Shown: positions 40,574 through 51,370, counted from the stretch's first letter. The stretch: 64,000 bases of DNA from an uncultured delta proteobacterium (GCA_963817385.1 CAWFOM010000016.1:32001-96000), one strand, 5' to 3'. Notes: a model not told the origin generated them from the letters alone. A program made the numbers and translations.

Positions 40574-40884
40574 GATCTATTCATCATCTATTGATTATCA
40601 TCATCTTCGGATGGCTTTTTGCGCTGTCGACGAATCGGCCGAAGGAAGCGACGATCGGCCGCGTCGGAGGCGCTCAGAAAACCGATCACCTTTGCCCGCG
40701 TCGAGAGGAACATGGAACCGGGATGCCTCGGCCTTCCCGGGTACGACACCCGTTGCGGGTTACCCATGGCAGACGTCTTCCGGCGAATCAGTGCTCCGCC
40801 GTTCGCGCAAAATATGTTGAATTTCTTGAAGAAGCGCAGTATAGCGGCCCTGATACTCATGAACTTCGGACTGAGGATTATTGC

Positions 40885-41742
40885 ATGAAACGCCGCTGGA
40901 CACTCGTTGAAACGCCGTCGGACTTGGCAGAGGCCGAAAGGTCGATCCGCACCGCCGGGATTATCGCCCTCGACACGGAGTACGATTCCTTTCGCTATTT
41001 TCGTGACATGCTCTGTCTCATCCAGGTCCAGACCGGTGAAAAGACCTGGCTGATTGATCCGCTGGTAGGCCTCGATATCTCCTTCCTGGGCGATGTCCTG
41101 AACGATCCCGATGTCCTCAAGATCCTCCATGCCGGCGATAACGATATCCGTATCCTCAAGCGGGATTACGCCTTCGCCTTCCGGAATATCTTTGACACGC
41201 ACCGCGCCGCTTCGCTGATCGGCTGTCGCCAACTCGCCCTCGGCAAGCTACTTGAGTCCTACCTCGGCGTCACGTTGGTGAAGAAGATGCAGCGTTCCCG
41301 GTGGGATCTTCGGCCCCTTACCCAGGAACAACTCGACTACGCCGCCCTCGATACCGCCCATCTGCTCGACCTCTCCCTGAGGCTCGACCGGGAGCTCCAT
41401 GAAAAAGGGAGGGAAAAAGAGGCCGAGCAGCTCTTCGTCGGGATGACGGCCGTCATCTGGCAGCCCAAAATCCTTGACCGCCTGGCGCACCGGAGGCTCC
41501 CGGGATACCCGACGCTGACCTCCGGGCAGAAGGAGCGCCTCCGGGAACTTTTTCGCTGGCGCTTCGAAAAGGCACAGGAGACCAACCGCGCCCCCTTCAT
41601 GATCCTCCCCGATCAGCATCTCGTCGGTCTCTCAAGGCTGGAAAATGCCTCCCTCGACGCCATGGCGGGCGTGGGTCTCCTGACTCCCGAGAAGGTGCAC
41701 CGTTTCGGCGGGGAGCTCCTCGATATCCTCCGGACGGACTGA
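40885..41742 (+). CDS. rnd: Ribonuclease D-like 3'-5' exonuclease with HRDC domain
   Basis: ALDTE, LCLIQ, HAGDND, FDT, QLDYAALD, NRAPFMIL. Confidence 0.88.
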   Translation: MKRRWTLVETPSDLAEAERSIRTAGIIALDTEYDSFRYFRDMLCLIQVQTGEKTWLIDPLVGLDISFLGDVLNDPDVLKILHAGDNDIRILKRDYAFAFRNIFDTHRAASLIGCRQLALGKLLESYLGVTLVKKMQRSRWDLRPLTQEQLDYAALDTAHLLDLSLRLDRELHEKGREKEAEQLFVGMTAVIWQPKILDRLAHRRLPGYPTLTSGQKERLRELFRWRFEKAQETNRAPFMILPDQHLVGLSRLENASLDAMAGVGLLTPEKVHRFGGELLDILRTD

Positions 41743-41779
41743 AAACAGGATAGAGCGCTCCGGTTTTCCGGCCAGCTTG

Positions 41780-42200
41780 AGCGAAGCCTGGGCGTGTTGA
41801 AATACTCGACGATCATGATCTTCTGCCTCTTGCGCTCGTCGAGGATGACCGCTATGCAGGTCACCTCGCTCCCCGTCCCCGCGGTCGTCGGAATGACGAT
41901 GTGCGGAGTCTGCTGCCGCGTGAGAAACTGGATCCCCTCGAAGTTCTCGAGACCACCGACTTCCGTCAGGAGGATGCAGACCATCTTCCCCGTGTTGATG
42001 ACGCTTCCGCCCCCCACGCTGACGACACAGTCGGCCTCCTTCTCGCGAGCGAAGGCGGCGGCGCGGTTCACCACGCCCACACCGTTATCCTGAGGAACGT
42101 CGCTGAACACGCCGAAGCACTTGTCTCCGAGCGCCTTCAGAACTTCCTCGACCAGCCCTACCTTCAGCACTCCCGGATCACAAGTTCTCTGGTATCTGCA
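41780..42200 (-). pseudogene. Truncated iron-containing alcohol dehydrogenase
   Basis: VGGGSVIN and IPTTAGTGSEVT present; normal N-terminus and C-terminal metal-binding half missing. Confidence 0.75.
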
Positions 42201-42280
42201 AGGATTTTTGCGGCAGCGGAAAGCTCCCCGCCGAGGACCGGCTTGCGGGATTGCACTTCCGGTCACCGCGGGGGCAAGCC

Positions 42281-43120
42281 TCAGCGGAGGAAGAAGGGAA
42301 ACGGCGGAATCGTGAGGGGCGTCAGGCGATCCCCTTCATAGAGGACCTGGGCGAGGAAGAGCCCCGATGCGGGCGCCGTGCACTGCGCGGGGAGCGCCGA
42401 GGCCGTACTCAGCATCTGCTCGATCTCGGCTGCAGAGAGGCGTCCGCGTCCCGCCACGACCATGATCCCGACGAGGCGTCGGACCATCTTCCAGAGGAAG
42501 TGGGAGCCGGCGATCCGAAAGGCGATCAGGTCGCCCCAGGTCGCCAGATCGGTCCGATCGATCTGAACTTCCGTCGAAAGGTGCTTGTCGATCCGCTTGT
42601 CGGCGAAGGAGGCGAAATCGTGGAACCCCCGGAAGATCTCCGCCGCTTCCCGCATCCGGTCGAGATCAAGGTCATCTTTCACCCACCAGACATAGCGTTT
42701 GCCGAAGGCCGTCCGCACACGCGAGATCAGGTAGAGATAGCTCCTCTGGTGGGCCTGATGGCGGGCGTGGAAGCCGGTCGGCGCCTCCTCGACCTTCAAG
42801 ATGTTGATCGGGGCGGGCAGGAGGTCGTTCAGACCATAGAGGATCTTCTGGGGCGGAAGGCGGTGGGGAGCTTCCAGGTGGGCCACCTGGGCAAGGGCAT
42901 GGACACCGGCATCGGTCCTTCCCGCCCCCTGAAGATCAACATTTCCGCCGAAGAGTTCCCGAGCCGCATCGATCAGCGTTCCCTGGATGCTCCGGGCATT
43001 CGTCTGCGTCTGCCAGCCGCTGAAGCCGGTCCCGTCGTATTCGAGCATCAGCTTGTACCTGCACCGGGAAGAACCCGTCGCCTTCCTTGCACGGCCCGCT
43101 GGGATGCCGCCCCGGCTCAT
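42281..43120 (-). CDS. truA: tRNA pseudouridine(38-40) synthase
   Basis: EYDGTGFSGWQ, GAGRTDAGVHA, FHAR, FLWKMVR, APASGL. Confidence 0.92.
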   Translation of the reverse strand: MSRGGIPAGRARKATGSSRCRYKLMLEYDGTGFSGWQTQTNARSIQGTLIDAARELFGGNVDLQGAGRTDAGVHALAQVAHLEAPHRLPPQKILYGLNDLLPAPINILKVEEAPTGFHARHQAHQRSYLYLISRVRTAFGKRYVWWVKDDLDLDRMREAAEIFRGFHDFASFADKRIDKHLSTEVQIDRTDLATWGDLIAFRIAGSHFLWKMVRRLVGIMVVAGRGRLSAAEIEQMLSTASALPAQCTAPASGLFLAQVLYEGDRLTPLTIPPFPFFLR

Positions 43121-44451
43121 GGCTCCGTCTCCGGTGGCTCCCCGAGAAGGGTCATCCCCTCGACATCGGCACGGGGAAGATCCCCGCCGGAGAGCTCACG
43201 GCCCGGCTGGAGCGTCGTAACCGCCGCACGTCCCACTATGATCCGCCCCTTGTTCCCCGCCGCGTCCCGCGTCTTGATGCTCCAGAAGCTGTGGAAGATC
43301 AGGGGCTGCCCCTGATGGACGCCGATATAGAGCATGATGTGCCCCGGCGTCCAGAGGAGGGTCCGCCACGGCACCCCCTGACGGAGGATTCGGGCCTCCT
43401 TCTCCGCCGACGGAAGGTTTTTGAGGCTGATGAACCTACCCGCTTCGGCCTGCTCCTTGGAATTGCGGGGGAGCCAAAGTCCGAACGGCGTGAAGAGATC
43501 CCGGATCAGGGCGGAGCAATCCCTTTTTCCATTCACTCCGCCCCAACCGTAGGGTTGGCCGGCGAGCGCGGCGGCCAGTTGCGCCATATGACGCGGGGTG
43601 AGCGGGAGAGGTTTGTCCGCCGTCGCGGCCTTTGGCAGCCGCGCCTTCCGGAGGTGCGCCTTCCCCCGGGCGTCGCGCGTCGCCGTCAGGATCCCGGTGT
43701 GGCCGACACCCTCCCCGGCCTTCGGGAAGACCGCTCCCAGCGGCGCCCGAAAGAGGAGTTTGCCCATATCATTCCGGACAGGTGCCTTTTCCCGGATGAT
43801 CACCATATACCGGCCGCACTCCCAGCTCCGCATAAACTCCGCATCCACAGCCGCTATGTCCGTCGCCGGCACCCAACCGAGGGCGTAGCTTGTCTCCGTG
43901 AGGAGCCACTTCCGGTCACGGCTGAGATGGGTCACGAGAACGGGCGTCCCGGGAGGGGCAGATGATTCCTGGAGATTGTCAAACGGATTGTCCCCATTCA
44001 GACGCTTCGGAAAGCGGGAATGGCGATCCCGGGTGGGCAGGACGCGAAAATCAATCCGGTTCACGGTTACGGCCGGAAATCCGCCCTGCGGATAATCGTC
44101 GAGATGGGCATTCACGGCCATCTTCCTGATCCAGTCCGCAGGATGCCGCCTCCCATCCTTCCCGTAACCGGGGTTGCTGTCGTATTCCTTAAACCCCCAG
44201 ATAACCTGTTCCCGCGTGTGACGGGGGATGGTCTGATGCCAGGGAGCGAAGGCGAGGAGGTCATAGGCGGCATTCAGGCTGCCCTGTATCTCCGCCGGCA
44301 GAAGAGGAAGATCCGCTTCCCTCCGATCGACATAGGCACGTGGATCCTGCCTGAGATCGCTGAGATCCCGGATCGCCGCCCCCCGGGCATCTCCGCCCGA
44401 CAGGAGCAGCAGCACGATCAGCAGTATCGGACCGTATCCCTTCTTTCTCAC
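43117..44451 (-). CDS. SH3/NlpC-P60 cell wall peptidase
   Basis: Signal peptide; PYGWGG, DCS, LPRNS, PGHIMLY. Confidence 0.88.
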   Translation of the reverse strand: MRKKGYGPILLIVLLLLSGGDARGAAIRDLSDLRQDPRAYVDRREADLPLLPAEIQGSLNAAYDLLAFAPWHQTIPRHTREQVIWGFKEYDSNPGYGKDGRRHPADWIRKMAVNAHLDDYPQGGFPAVTVNRIDFRVLPTRDRHSRFPKRLNGDNPFDNLQESSAPPGTPVLVTHLSRDRKWLLTETSYALGWVPATDIAAVDAEFMRSWECGRYMVIIREKAPVRNDMGKLLFRAPLGAVFPKAGEGVGHTGILTATRDARGKAHLRKARLPKAATADKPLPLTPRHMAQLAAALAGQPYGWGGVNGKRDCSALIRDLFTPFGLWLPRNSKEQAEAGRFISLKNLPSAEKEARILRQGVPWRTLLWTPGHIMLYIGVHQGQPLIFHSFWSIKTRDAAGNKGRIIVGRAAVTTLQPGRELSGGDLPRADVEGMTLLGEPPETEP

Positions 44452-44753
44452 GAATCCCTCCCGTTCTTTTTTCCCAGTGTAGAGATTTTCGTGGATTCCT
44501 GCAACCGTTTTCGGGATGATCCCGCCGGAATGAAAAAATATTTTTATGGCATTCACCTGGAAAGCTTGGTATATTCCCCGGGAATCGATTATCCATCTGC
44601 CCTCCGCTCCGGGGATGGACGTCGGCGAACCGTGAATGGGAGAGGAAGGCAACAGCCCATGACCTCGGAAAAAAGAGTCGGAGAGTTTGTGTTTATCGCG
44701 ATGCTTCACGAGATGATTCCTGGTCGCACTCTATCAATAAGGCGATACGACGG

Positions 44754-45302
44754 ATGAAGGGTCTTGTTCCGAGTAGGATATTTTTCACGAAGGGCGTCGG
44801 CACCCATCGGGATGAGCTCCATTCTTTTGAGCGTGCGCTGAGAGACGCTGGAATAGAGCGGTGCAACCTGGTGCAGGTCTCCAGCATCATTCCGCCTTAC
44901 TGCCGGATGATCTCCAAACCCCAGGGGTTCAAGGAGCTGGTGTCGGGGGGAATCACCTTCTGCGTCATGGGACGCTGCTGCAGCAACGAACCGAAGCGTC
45001 TTCTGGCCGCGTCGGTCGGCTGCGCCATTCCGGCCGACCAGTCCTCCTATGGCTACATCAGCGAACACCATGCCTTCGGTCAGACGGAAAAACAGGCAGG
45101 TGACTACGCGGAGGACATGGCGGCAGCCATGCTGGCCTCCACACTCGGAATCGATTTCAATGTCGACGAAAGCTGGGATGAGAAGAAGGAGATCTTCAAG
45201 ATCAGCGGCAAGATCGTCAGAACCCGGAACGTCACCCAGTCGACCATCGTGAAAAACGGGGGATTTACGACGGTCATCGCCGCGGCCGTTTTCATCTTCT
45301 GA
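44754..45302 (+). CDS. pdaD: Pyruvoyl-dependent arginine decarboxylase
   Basis: SFERALRDAGI, NLVQVSSII self-cleavage site, GYISEHH. Confidence 0.9.
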   Translation: MKGLVPSRIFFTKGVGTHRDELHSFERALRDAGIERCNLVQVSSIIPPYCRMISKPQGFKELVSGGITFCVMGRCCSNEPKRLLAASVGCAIPADQSSYGYISEHHAFGQTEKQAGDYAEDMAAAMLASTLGIDFNVDESWDEKKEIFKISGKIVRTRNVTQSTIVKNGGFTTVIAAAVFIF

Positions 45303-45326
45303 GCGCCGCCCGGAGAAGGGAGAACA

Positions 45327-45992
45327 ATGGACGTTTTTCAGGCTATCACAACGAGAAGAAGCATTCGGAGATTCAGGCCGGACCCAGTCCCGGAAGAGCT
45401 CATCCGGGAGATCCTGGATGCGGCTCGTTGGTCGCCCTCCTGGGGGAATACCCAGCCGTGGGAGATCGTCGTGGTCACGGGGAAGCCTCTGGAACGCTTC
45501 AAAAAAGCCAACCGACAGCGGATACTGGACGGCGTCATCTCTGTCCCGGACACCCCGATGCCCGGCGCTTGGCCGGACACCCTGAAGCGGCGATATACGG
45601 ATGTGGGGAAGAAGGTCCTGACCTCCCTGGAGATTGCCCGCGGGGATCAGGAGGCGCGTCTCCGTTACACGGGTGACATGTCCGCCCTCTTCGATGCTCC
45701 CTGTCTGCTTCTCTTCTGCGTGGAGAAAAGCCTCGCCCGGGAATACGCGATGCTGGACGTCGGCGCGATCCTCCAGACCGTTTGTCTGCTGGCTCATACC
45801 CGGGGACTGGGAACCTGTATCCTGGCCGCATCGGTCATGTATCCGGCGTTAATCCGGGAGATCGTTCCGATCCCGGAGACGAAGGCCGTCATCATCGGCT
45901 CCGCCATGGGCTTTCCCGACGGGGGCGCGCCTATCAATAATTTTGAAAGGGAACGGGCGACCCCGGACGAATTTACCACCTGGGTAAGGTGA
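45327..45992 (+). CDS. Nitroreductase family protein
   Basis: RRSIRRF, SPSWGNTQPW, GLGTC. Confidence 0.9.
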   Translation: MDVFQAITTRRSIRRFRPDPVPEELIREILDAARWSPSWGNTQPWEIVVVTGKPLERFKKANRQRILDGVISVPDTPMPGAWPDTLKRRYTDVGKKVLTSLEIARGDQEARLRYTGDMSALFDAPCLLLFCVEKSLAREYAMLDVGAILQTVCLLAHTRGLGTCILAASVMYPALIREIVPIPETKAVIIGSAMGFPDGGAPINNFERERATPDEFTTWVR

Positions 45993-45995
45993 ACG

Positions 45996-46916
45996 GTGAT
46001 CGAGTCGACCACACATACTCCGCAGGCCTGCGTACAGAACATTGGGGACGCGGAACTCTCCTATCTCCGGTATGAAGGGGAGGGTCCGCCGCTGATCTTC
46101 CTCCACGCCACCGGCTTCCAGCCCTGGCTATGGCATCCCCTCGCGCGGGAGCTCGCCGACACCTATCGCATCATCGCCCCCTCCTTCTGCGATCATCGCG
46201 AGACGGATCCCGACGAAGGAGGACTGAATTGGATGACCCTCGCAGAGGATACCGTCCGCCTCTGTACCGTTTTGCAGCTTGACAGACCCTTTCTGGTCGG
46301 CCACTCCATGGGGGCAACGGTGCTTCTGATCGCCAACGCCCTCTACGAACTCTCCGCCGCGGGCATGGTCCTCATCGAACCCATCCTCCTCCCTCCGGAG
46401 TTCTACCGGGGCTCCATGAAGGTTGACGAACACCCTCTCGCCGCCAAGGCGATCAAGCGAACGAACTTCTGGCGAGACCGGGACGATGCCATGGCCTATC
46501 TGCGCTCACGCGTCCTGTTTCAGGGATGGACTGAAGAGATGCTGGAGCTCTACATCCGCCATGGCATGACCGGAGGGGATAACGGCGGCCTCCGGCTCGC
46601 CTGCAGTCCCCAGCGGGAGGCGGCCCTCTTCATGGGAGGGAGGCAGTTCGATCCCTGGCCCCTCCTTCCCAGGATATCCTGCCCCGTTCTCATCGTCGAA
46701 GGGGAAAAAAGCGACAACAGGGGGTTCATCGATCTCGACCGTATCCAAGCCCTTATCCCGAATTCCCAAAGCCGTACGGTGAAAGACGCCGGCCACCTGG
46801 TCCCCATGGAACGTCCGCGGGAGGTGACCCGCATCATCCGGGAGTTCTTCCACTCCCTGCGGCAGGAGGAAAATGAAATGGATTACGCGGTCTCGCTCAG
46901 GCGGGATCGACTTTGA
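45996..46916 (+). CDS. Alpha/beta hydrolase
   Basis: LHATG, GHSMG nucleophile elbow, AGHLVPME. Confidence 0.88.
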   Translation: MIESTTHTPQACVQNIGDAELSYLRYEGEGPPLIFLHATGFQPWLWHPLARELADTYRIIAPSFCDHRETDPDEGGLNWMTLAEDTVRLCTVLQLDRPFLVGHSMGATVLLIANALYELSAAGMVLIEPILLPPEFYRGSMKVDEHPLAAKAIKRTNFWRDRDDAMAYLRSRVLFQGWTEEMLELYIRHGMTGGDNGGLRLACSPQREAALFMGGRQFDPWPLLPRISCPVLIVEGEKSDNRGFIDLDRIQALIPNSQSRTVKDAGHLVPMERPREVTRIIREFFHSLRQEENEMDYAVSLRRDRL

Positions 46917-46939
46917 AGCAACTAAAGGAGGATGTATCT

Positions 46940-47176
46940 ATGGCAAAGGCAAAGGCGGTAAAGAAGGCGGCAAAGGCACCGGCAAAGGCGGCAGCAAAGG
47001 CCAAACCGGCGAAGAAGGCGGCGGCAAAGGCCAAGCCCGCGAAGAAGGCGGCAGCAAAGGCCAAGCCCGCGAAGAAAGCCCCGGCGAAGAAAGTGGCAGC
47101 AAAGGCCAAGCCGGCAAAGAAGGCGGCAGCAAAAGCCAAGCCGGCGGCGAAAAAGCCCGCGAAGGCGAAGAAATGA
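46940..47176 (+). CDS. Histone H1-like Lys/Ala/Pro-rich protein (second copy)
   Basis: Repeated AKAKPAKKAA units; AAGGAGG RBS. Confidence 0.8.
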   Translation: MAKAKAVKKAAKAPAKAAAKAKPAKKAAAKAKPAKKAAAKAKPAKKAPAKKVAAKAKPAKKAAAKAKPAAKKPAKAKK

Positions 47177-47684
47177 TCCTCTCTACCGTCGGTTAAAACC
47201 ATTCACCGAGGGCCCGCCTGCATGGAGCGGGCCCCCGGTTGATGGTATCCTTAAAGCCGTCCGGGGACGAATGCGAAAGCGCACCGTGATGCATACGGAG
47301 AAGGGAACCGGGACGGCCGAATACATGGGTCCCGGAGAGCGGCGGACAACGGAAAACCGGTGGTGCGAGAGGCACGGCTATTTCATCGACGTGGACGCCT
47401 GCAGGGCCAGGGCGCTGCACTGCGGCCGTTGTCTCGTGCGCTGCGCGGCAGTTGCCCCTCCCTTTTCCGGAACCCGTCTAATGTCCCCGCACAAGGTCTC
47501 CGTTCCCCACACTTGGGGTTTTGCCCTCCTGCAGGCCGATCCTCCCCGCGCCGCCGACAGGGTACGGAAACATCCGCAGGGAAACGGATACGGTTACCTC
47601 CTCTCCCATCGGGCCTGGAGATTCTGACCGTTTTTCCGGATCATGTTTCCGACACGGACCCGCTTAGCGTTCGCGGGAAAGCTG

Positions 47685-49478
47685 CTATCCCTCATTTTCT
47701 TGCGTCGGCGGTGATAGAGACTGCCAACGTCCCAGGATTACCGATTCCACCGCCGTAGCCAGACCGAAGGACAATACGCTCATCACCAGCGGCATGCCAT
47801 GCGCGCGAATGAGATCGTACAGGAAAACATTGATGGCGCCGATCACGGTCACGAGAATTGCAACGTTGCGCACTTCCCTGGTGCGATGCACCTGGGCAAA
47901 GAACATCAGCGCAATAGCAGACAGGTTGATGATGACCGACTGGCTGCAGGAGAGAGCGTTGTTCAATTCAGCCGGGGCAAGAAGCGCTGCGAGAACCCGG
48001 TTGACTATCAACCGCAGCATGAAAAATGCGTTCAGGAGAGCAGCCAGCAAAATGGCGACAGCGCTGAAGTCGCCTTTATCAATCCTCTGGAATAAGGCCG
48101 ATTCTTCGGGCGGATTTCGGCGGCGGCACCACCGGTAATGCACGAAAGCTATGCAGGCAAGAATGCCGGCTGACGCCACACTCGCCTGAAAAGAGGTAGC
48201 GGTTGCTCCCCGGGTGAGCAGTGTCGCCGCCAGCGCCACGGCCGGATAAATCTGCAGGAGGTATGATGTTACCCGAACGCTCCCGCTGTGCCATTTTGCC
48301 GAGACGACCGCTGTCCCGAACGCAACCGCCGACAGGAGCGGGAGAGACATGAAAATGCTGTCCGTGGCCATTGGCAGGGCAAGCGCCAGCAGTACAACAC
48401 CGGCGAAGAGAAAGGCGTTGGTCCCGCGCGCGCCTGTCCGGTCTCGGCCGGACAGCCATACCGCCGCTGCCAGATGTCCCACTCCGGCGGCGATCCCGAC
48501 GACGCCGAGCAGTATTTTGCTGACCCCCATGGCGGACACCACGTACTGGGCCAGGGAAAAAGCCCAGGCTACATTGATCGTCGGAAGGGCAAGTTCAAAT
48601 CTGCTGATCTTTCCCGGGAGACTGCGGATTATGCCCAGAAATGCCGTCAGCATGTATGTCGCGGTGAAAAGGGTCAAAAACGGAAGGAACCAGGAGGGCG
48701 CCAGTGCCGGGGGGAGCGTTTCGCCGCCCAGCAGGGCCATCCCCAATTTGAATCCCCACAGGTGGATCATAAACAGGGTCACGAGGAGCAATATCCAGCG
48801 GAGCCAGGAATAACGGTATGCCCGGGCGGCAAGACTACCGAGCACGTTGGCTGTGAGCAGCACAATTGCCAGGTAGGGGAAAAAAGGCGTAGGGTAATCG
48901 ATCGCTGCTCCCGCAAGGCACATGCCGAGATTGCCTGCGGCAACCGGGGCCGGCACCCGATAGATATAACTGATTACGGCTGTAGCGAGACCGGTCAGCA
49001 TCAGGAGGACATAGGCCACAACGGAGGGAATGGCATCGAAGTGGGTGTGTGCTTCCACAACGATGGTAAACATCAGGACGGTGCCGCATACCGTAAATAT
49101 GGGCGCCAGCGGGTTGGCTTTCCGGTACCTCCGCCAGCCCATGAAGATCAAGGCGGCGGCATAACTCATCCCAATGAGCGAACCGAGATGGAGGTTGATT
49201 ATTCCGTTATCGGTGACTGTGCGAAGGATCAGGGCTACGACCAGGAGGAAACAGATCGTTGAAAGACGTTGAAGGAGCGAGGAACGGCCCACCCATGACA
49301 GCAGCTCCTCCGATGCGTCGGGGAGGTCATCCGCCTGAGGTGTCGCCCCGTTCTGGATCGATCTGGTGTCGGAACGATCCATCCGGACGGAAAGCTCATC
49401 CACTTTTCTGGTCAACGCATCTACCTGGACGGCGATTTGTTCCACGCGGGCTTCAAGAGATGATAGCTTGTCTGTCAT
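47685..49478 (-). CDS. Polytopic membrane protein with an N-terminal coiled coil (DUF2339-like)
   Basis: 597 aa with many hydrophobic helices; downstream of the imcH-like gene. Confidence 0.7.
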   Translation of the reverse strand: MTDKLSSLEARVEQIAVQVDALTRKVDELSVRMDRSDTRSIQNGATPQADDLPDASEELLSWVGRSSLLQRLSTICFLLVVALILRTVTDNGIINLHLGSLIGMSYAAALIFMGWRRYRKANPLAPIFTVCGTVLMFTIVVEAHTHFDAIPSVVAYVLLMLTGLATAVISYIYRVPAPVAAGNLGMCLAGAAIDYPTPFFPYLAIVLLTANVLGSLAARAYRYSWLRWILLLVTLFMIHLWGFKLGMALLGGETLPPALAPSWFLPFLTLFTATYMLTAFLGIIRSLPGKISRFELALPTINVAWAFSLAQYVVSAMGVSKILLGVVGIAAGVGHLAAAVWLSGRDRTGARGTNAFLFAGVVLLALALPMATDSIFMSLPLLSAVAFGTAVVSAKWHSGSVRVTSYLLQIYPAVALAATLLTRGATATSFQASVASAGILACIAFVHYRWCRRRNPPEESALFQRIDKGDFSAVAILLAALLNAFFMLRLIVNRVLAALLAPAELNNALSCSQSVIINLSAIALMFFAQVHRTREVRNVAILVTVIGAINVFLYDLIRAHGMPLVMSVLSFGLATAVESVILGRWQSLSPPTQENEG

Positions 49479-49535
49479 CTTCTCCTCCCTGCATCATCTG
49501 TGCTGCTGCGTTACAAGATCTGCGCGCTCTGGTGT

Positions 49536-49563
49536 AAAAAAGCGGGGGAGTCCCCGCTTTTTT
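49536..49563. terminator. Intrinsic terminator after the imcH-like gene
   Basis: AAAAAAGCGGGG-GAGT-CCCCGCTTTTTT. Confidence 0.8.
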
Positions 49564-49658
49564 GTTGTGCCCGATCATCATCGGTCCCCGGCCGGCATTG
49601 TCACCGGCTTCACGCACCTGCTCCCCCTCTCATGCGGAACCATCCATTCCCGGGAAGC

Positions 49659-51188
49659 TCACTTGCCCTTGCTGCTTCCGCCGCCAGGCACATCTTCACC
49701 GCCGGCGGAATGGCATTCGCTGCAATTCAGGGCAATCATGCTGTCTCCGATATCCGTCGGATGGATAAAACCCTTCACCTTTGTCCCCGGCCGTATGTTT
49801 TCCTGTTTCTGGTTGAGAACGGTATGGCAGAGGTCGCAATCCTTGGAAATGACCTTGCCGTCTTGGGATTTGTGTTTCCCCCCATGGCAACGGAAACAGC
49901 CCGGAGTATAAAAATGACCGATATGGTCGGGGTAGGTATTCCAGGCAACTTTCATATTCGGGAAGAAGTTCCGGTCATAAATATCCTGTACACTCTCGAT
50001 GGCCTGTCTGATCGCCGCGGCTTTATCACTGGCCACCTTTGGGTGATTCTTGGCATAGAATCCCTCGATGCCGCTGGCAATCCCCGCCCGCCCGTCTTCC
50101 TTGGTCTTGTACGGCTTGGTAAGGAGCTCCACCGCCACCTTCTTGATGAAGGGCAGCGTGGGGTCAATGTGGCCTGAAACAAAATTTTCATCCATTTCCC
50201 GCCCGGGTGAACGGTAAATATGGGTTGGACGATTATGGCAGTCGGTACAGTCCATGAGACGCTTCTCCCCTTTGGCAATCTCCGCTGGGGAAAGAGGCTC
50301 ATGCTCATCGTTGTACTCGGTTATCTTGCCGTTTTTATCCGTGACGGTGACATAGGGGATGTCGAGCCGCTTCTTGTCCCGGGCAATGTAGGATACCTCA
50401 CTGCCGATATGCCAGTGAATGCCCATGGCGGTGGGGGTTTTCGGGGTGCCGCCGATATTAATCAGCATGTTGATCTCCCGAGGCGTGTTCTTCTCGTCGG
50501 GCGCATAGTGATAAAATACCTTCTGACGTCCGGAGTAAAACTTTTGCGGCCAGTGGCAGCGCTCGCAGATATCGCGTGCCGGGCGGAGATTGGTGATGGG
50601 CGTTTCGATGGGAACGGCATAGGTGTGAGCCAGCACGGCATATATCTGTTTCAGGCCGGAAATCTTGGCCTTGACGTACCATTTTGCCCCCGGTCCGATG
50701 TGGCAATCGACACAACGAACCCTGGCATGGGGAGATTTGCTCCAGGCGGTATATTCCGGTGTCATGACCGTGTGGCAGAGCTTTCCGCAAAAGTCGGCAG
50801 ACTCGGTAAAATGGTACCCCTTGAGTGCGGCAATGGAAATAATGAGGACAAATAGTACCGTGCCCAAGATAAAAAAGACAAACAGCCGGCGCTTATGACG
50901 GTCATTCAGGTCGAGATCGGGATAAGGAGGAATTATCTCAGGCGCTGCCATGCGGCGTTGCCGTCTGACACGGTAAGCCCCGAGGGGTACCAGAAGCAGG
51001 CCCAGGATGAGCATGGCGGGAAAGATAAAATATACCAGGACGCCAAGATAGGGACTCTCCACGCCGGTAATCAGCTCCACGGAGAGCAGCACGATGATCA
51101 GACCGGTCGCTATCGTAGCCAGTATCATGCCAATAAGGCTTATGATATTGAAGAAATACCCCAGTATGTCGTTCCTATTTACCGGCAT
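49659..51188 (-). CDS. imcH: ImcH-like NapC/NirT-family inner-membrane heptaheme cytochrome c
   Basis: Three N-terminal TMs; CGKLCH plus six CxxCH motifs; NapC motif CVDCHIGPGA..YVKAKISG. Confidence 0.8.
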   Translation of the reverse strand: MPVNRNDILGYFFNIISLIGMILATIATGLIIVLLSVELITGVESPYLGVLVYFIFPAMLILGLLLVPLGAYRVRRQRRMAAPEIIPPYPDLDLNDRHKRRLFVFFILGTVLFVLIISIAALKGYHFTESADFCGKLCHTVMTPEYTAWSKSPHARVRCVDCHIGPGAKWYVKAKISGLKQIYAVLAHTYAVPIETPITNLRPARDICERCHWPQKFYSGRQKVFYHYAPDEKNTPREINMLINIGGTPKTPTAMGIHWHIGSEVSYIARDKKRLDIPYVTVTDKNGKITEYNDEHEPLSPAEIAKGEKRLMDCTDCHNRPTHIYRSPGREMDENFVSGHIDPTLPFIKKVAVELLTKPYKTKEDGRAGIASGIEGFYAKNHPKVASDKAAAIRQAIESVQDIYDRNFFPNMKVAWNTYPDHIGHFYTPGCFRCHGGKHKSQDGKVISKDCDLCHTVLNQKQENIRPGTKVKGFIHPTDIGDSMIALNCSECHSAGGEDVPGGGSSKGK

Positions 51189-51370
51189 GCTCCCTCCTTC
51201 TCCTTGCTTCTCTTATACGGGAATCTTTTTCATAACTTGTCATACTTGAACGATCTTACGACTGCCGATTCAGGTATAATAAGACCTTGCGCTTTGTCAA
51301 ATAAAAAGAGCCCCTCGTTCCCACCCGACGGCGCGTCGAACAGCCCGCCTAGCTGGGTGTGAAAACCCTG

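Noticed and set aside
46940..47176. CRISPR-like periodic repeats (also 23286-23537 and 15411-15450)
   Set aside because: They are coding tandem repeats without unique spacers, and no cas genes are present
47271..47627. Cys-rich small ORF (WCERHG...CGRC)
   Set aside because: No recognisable family or clear RBS; it cannot be supported without a search
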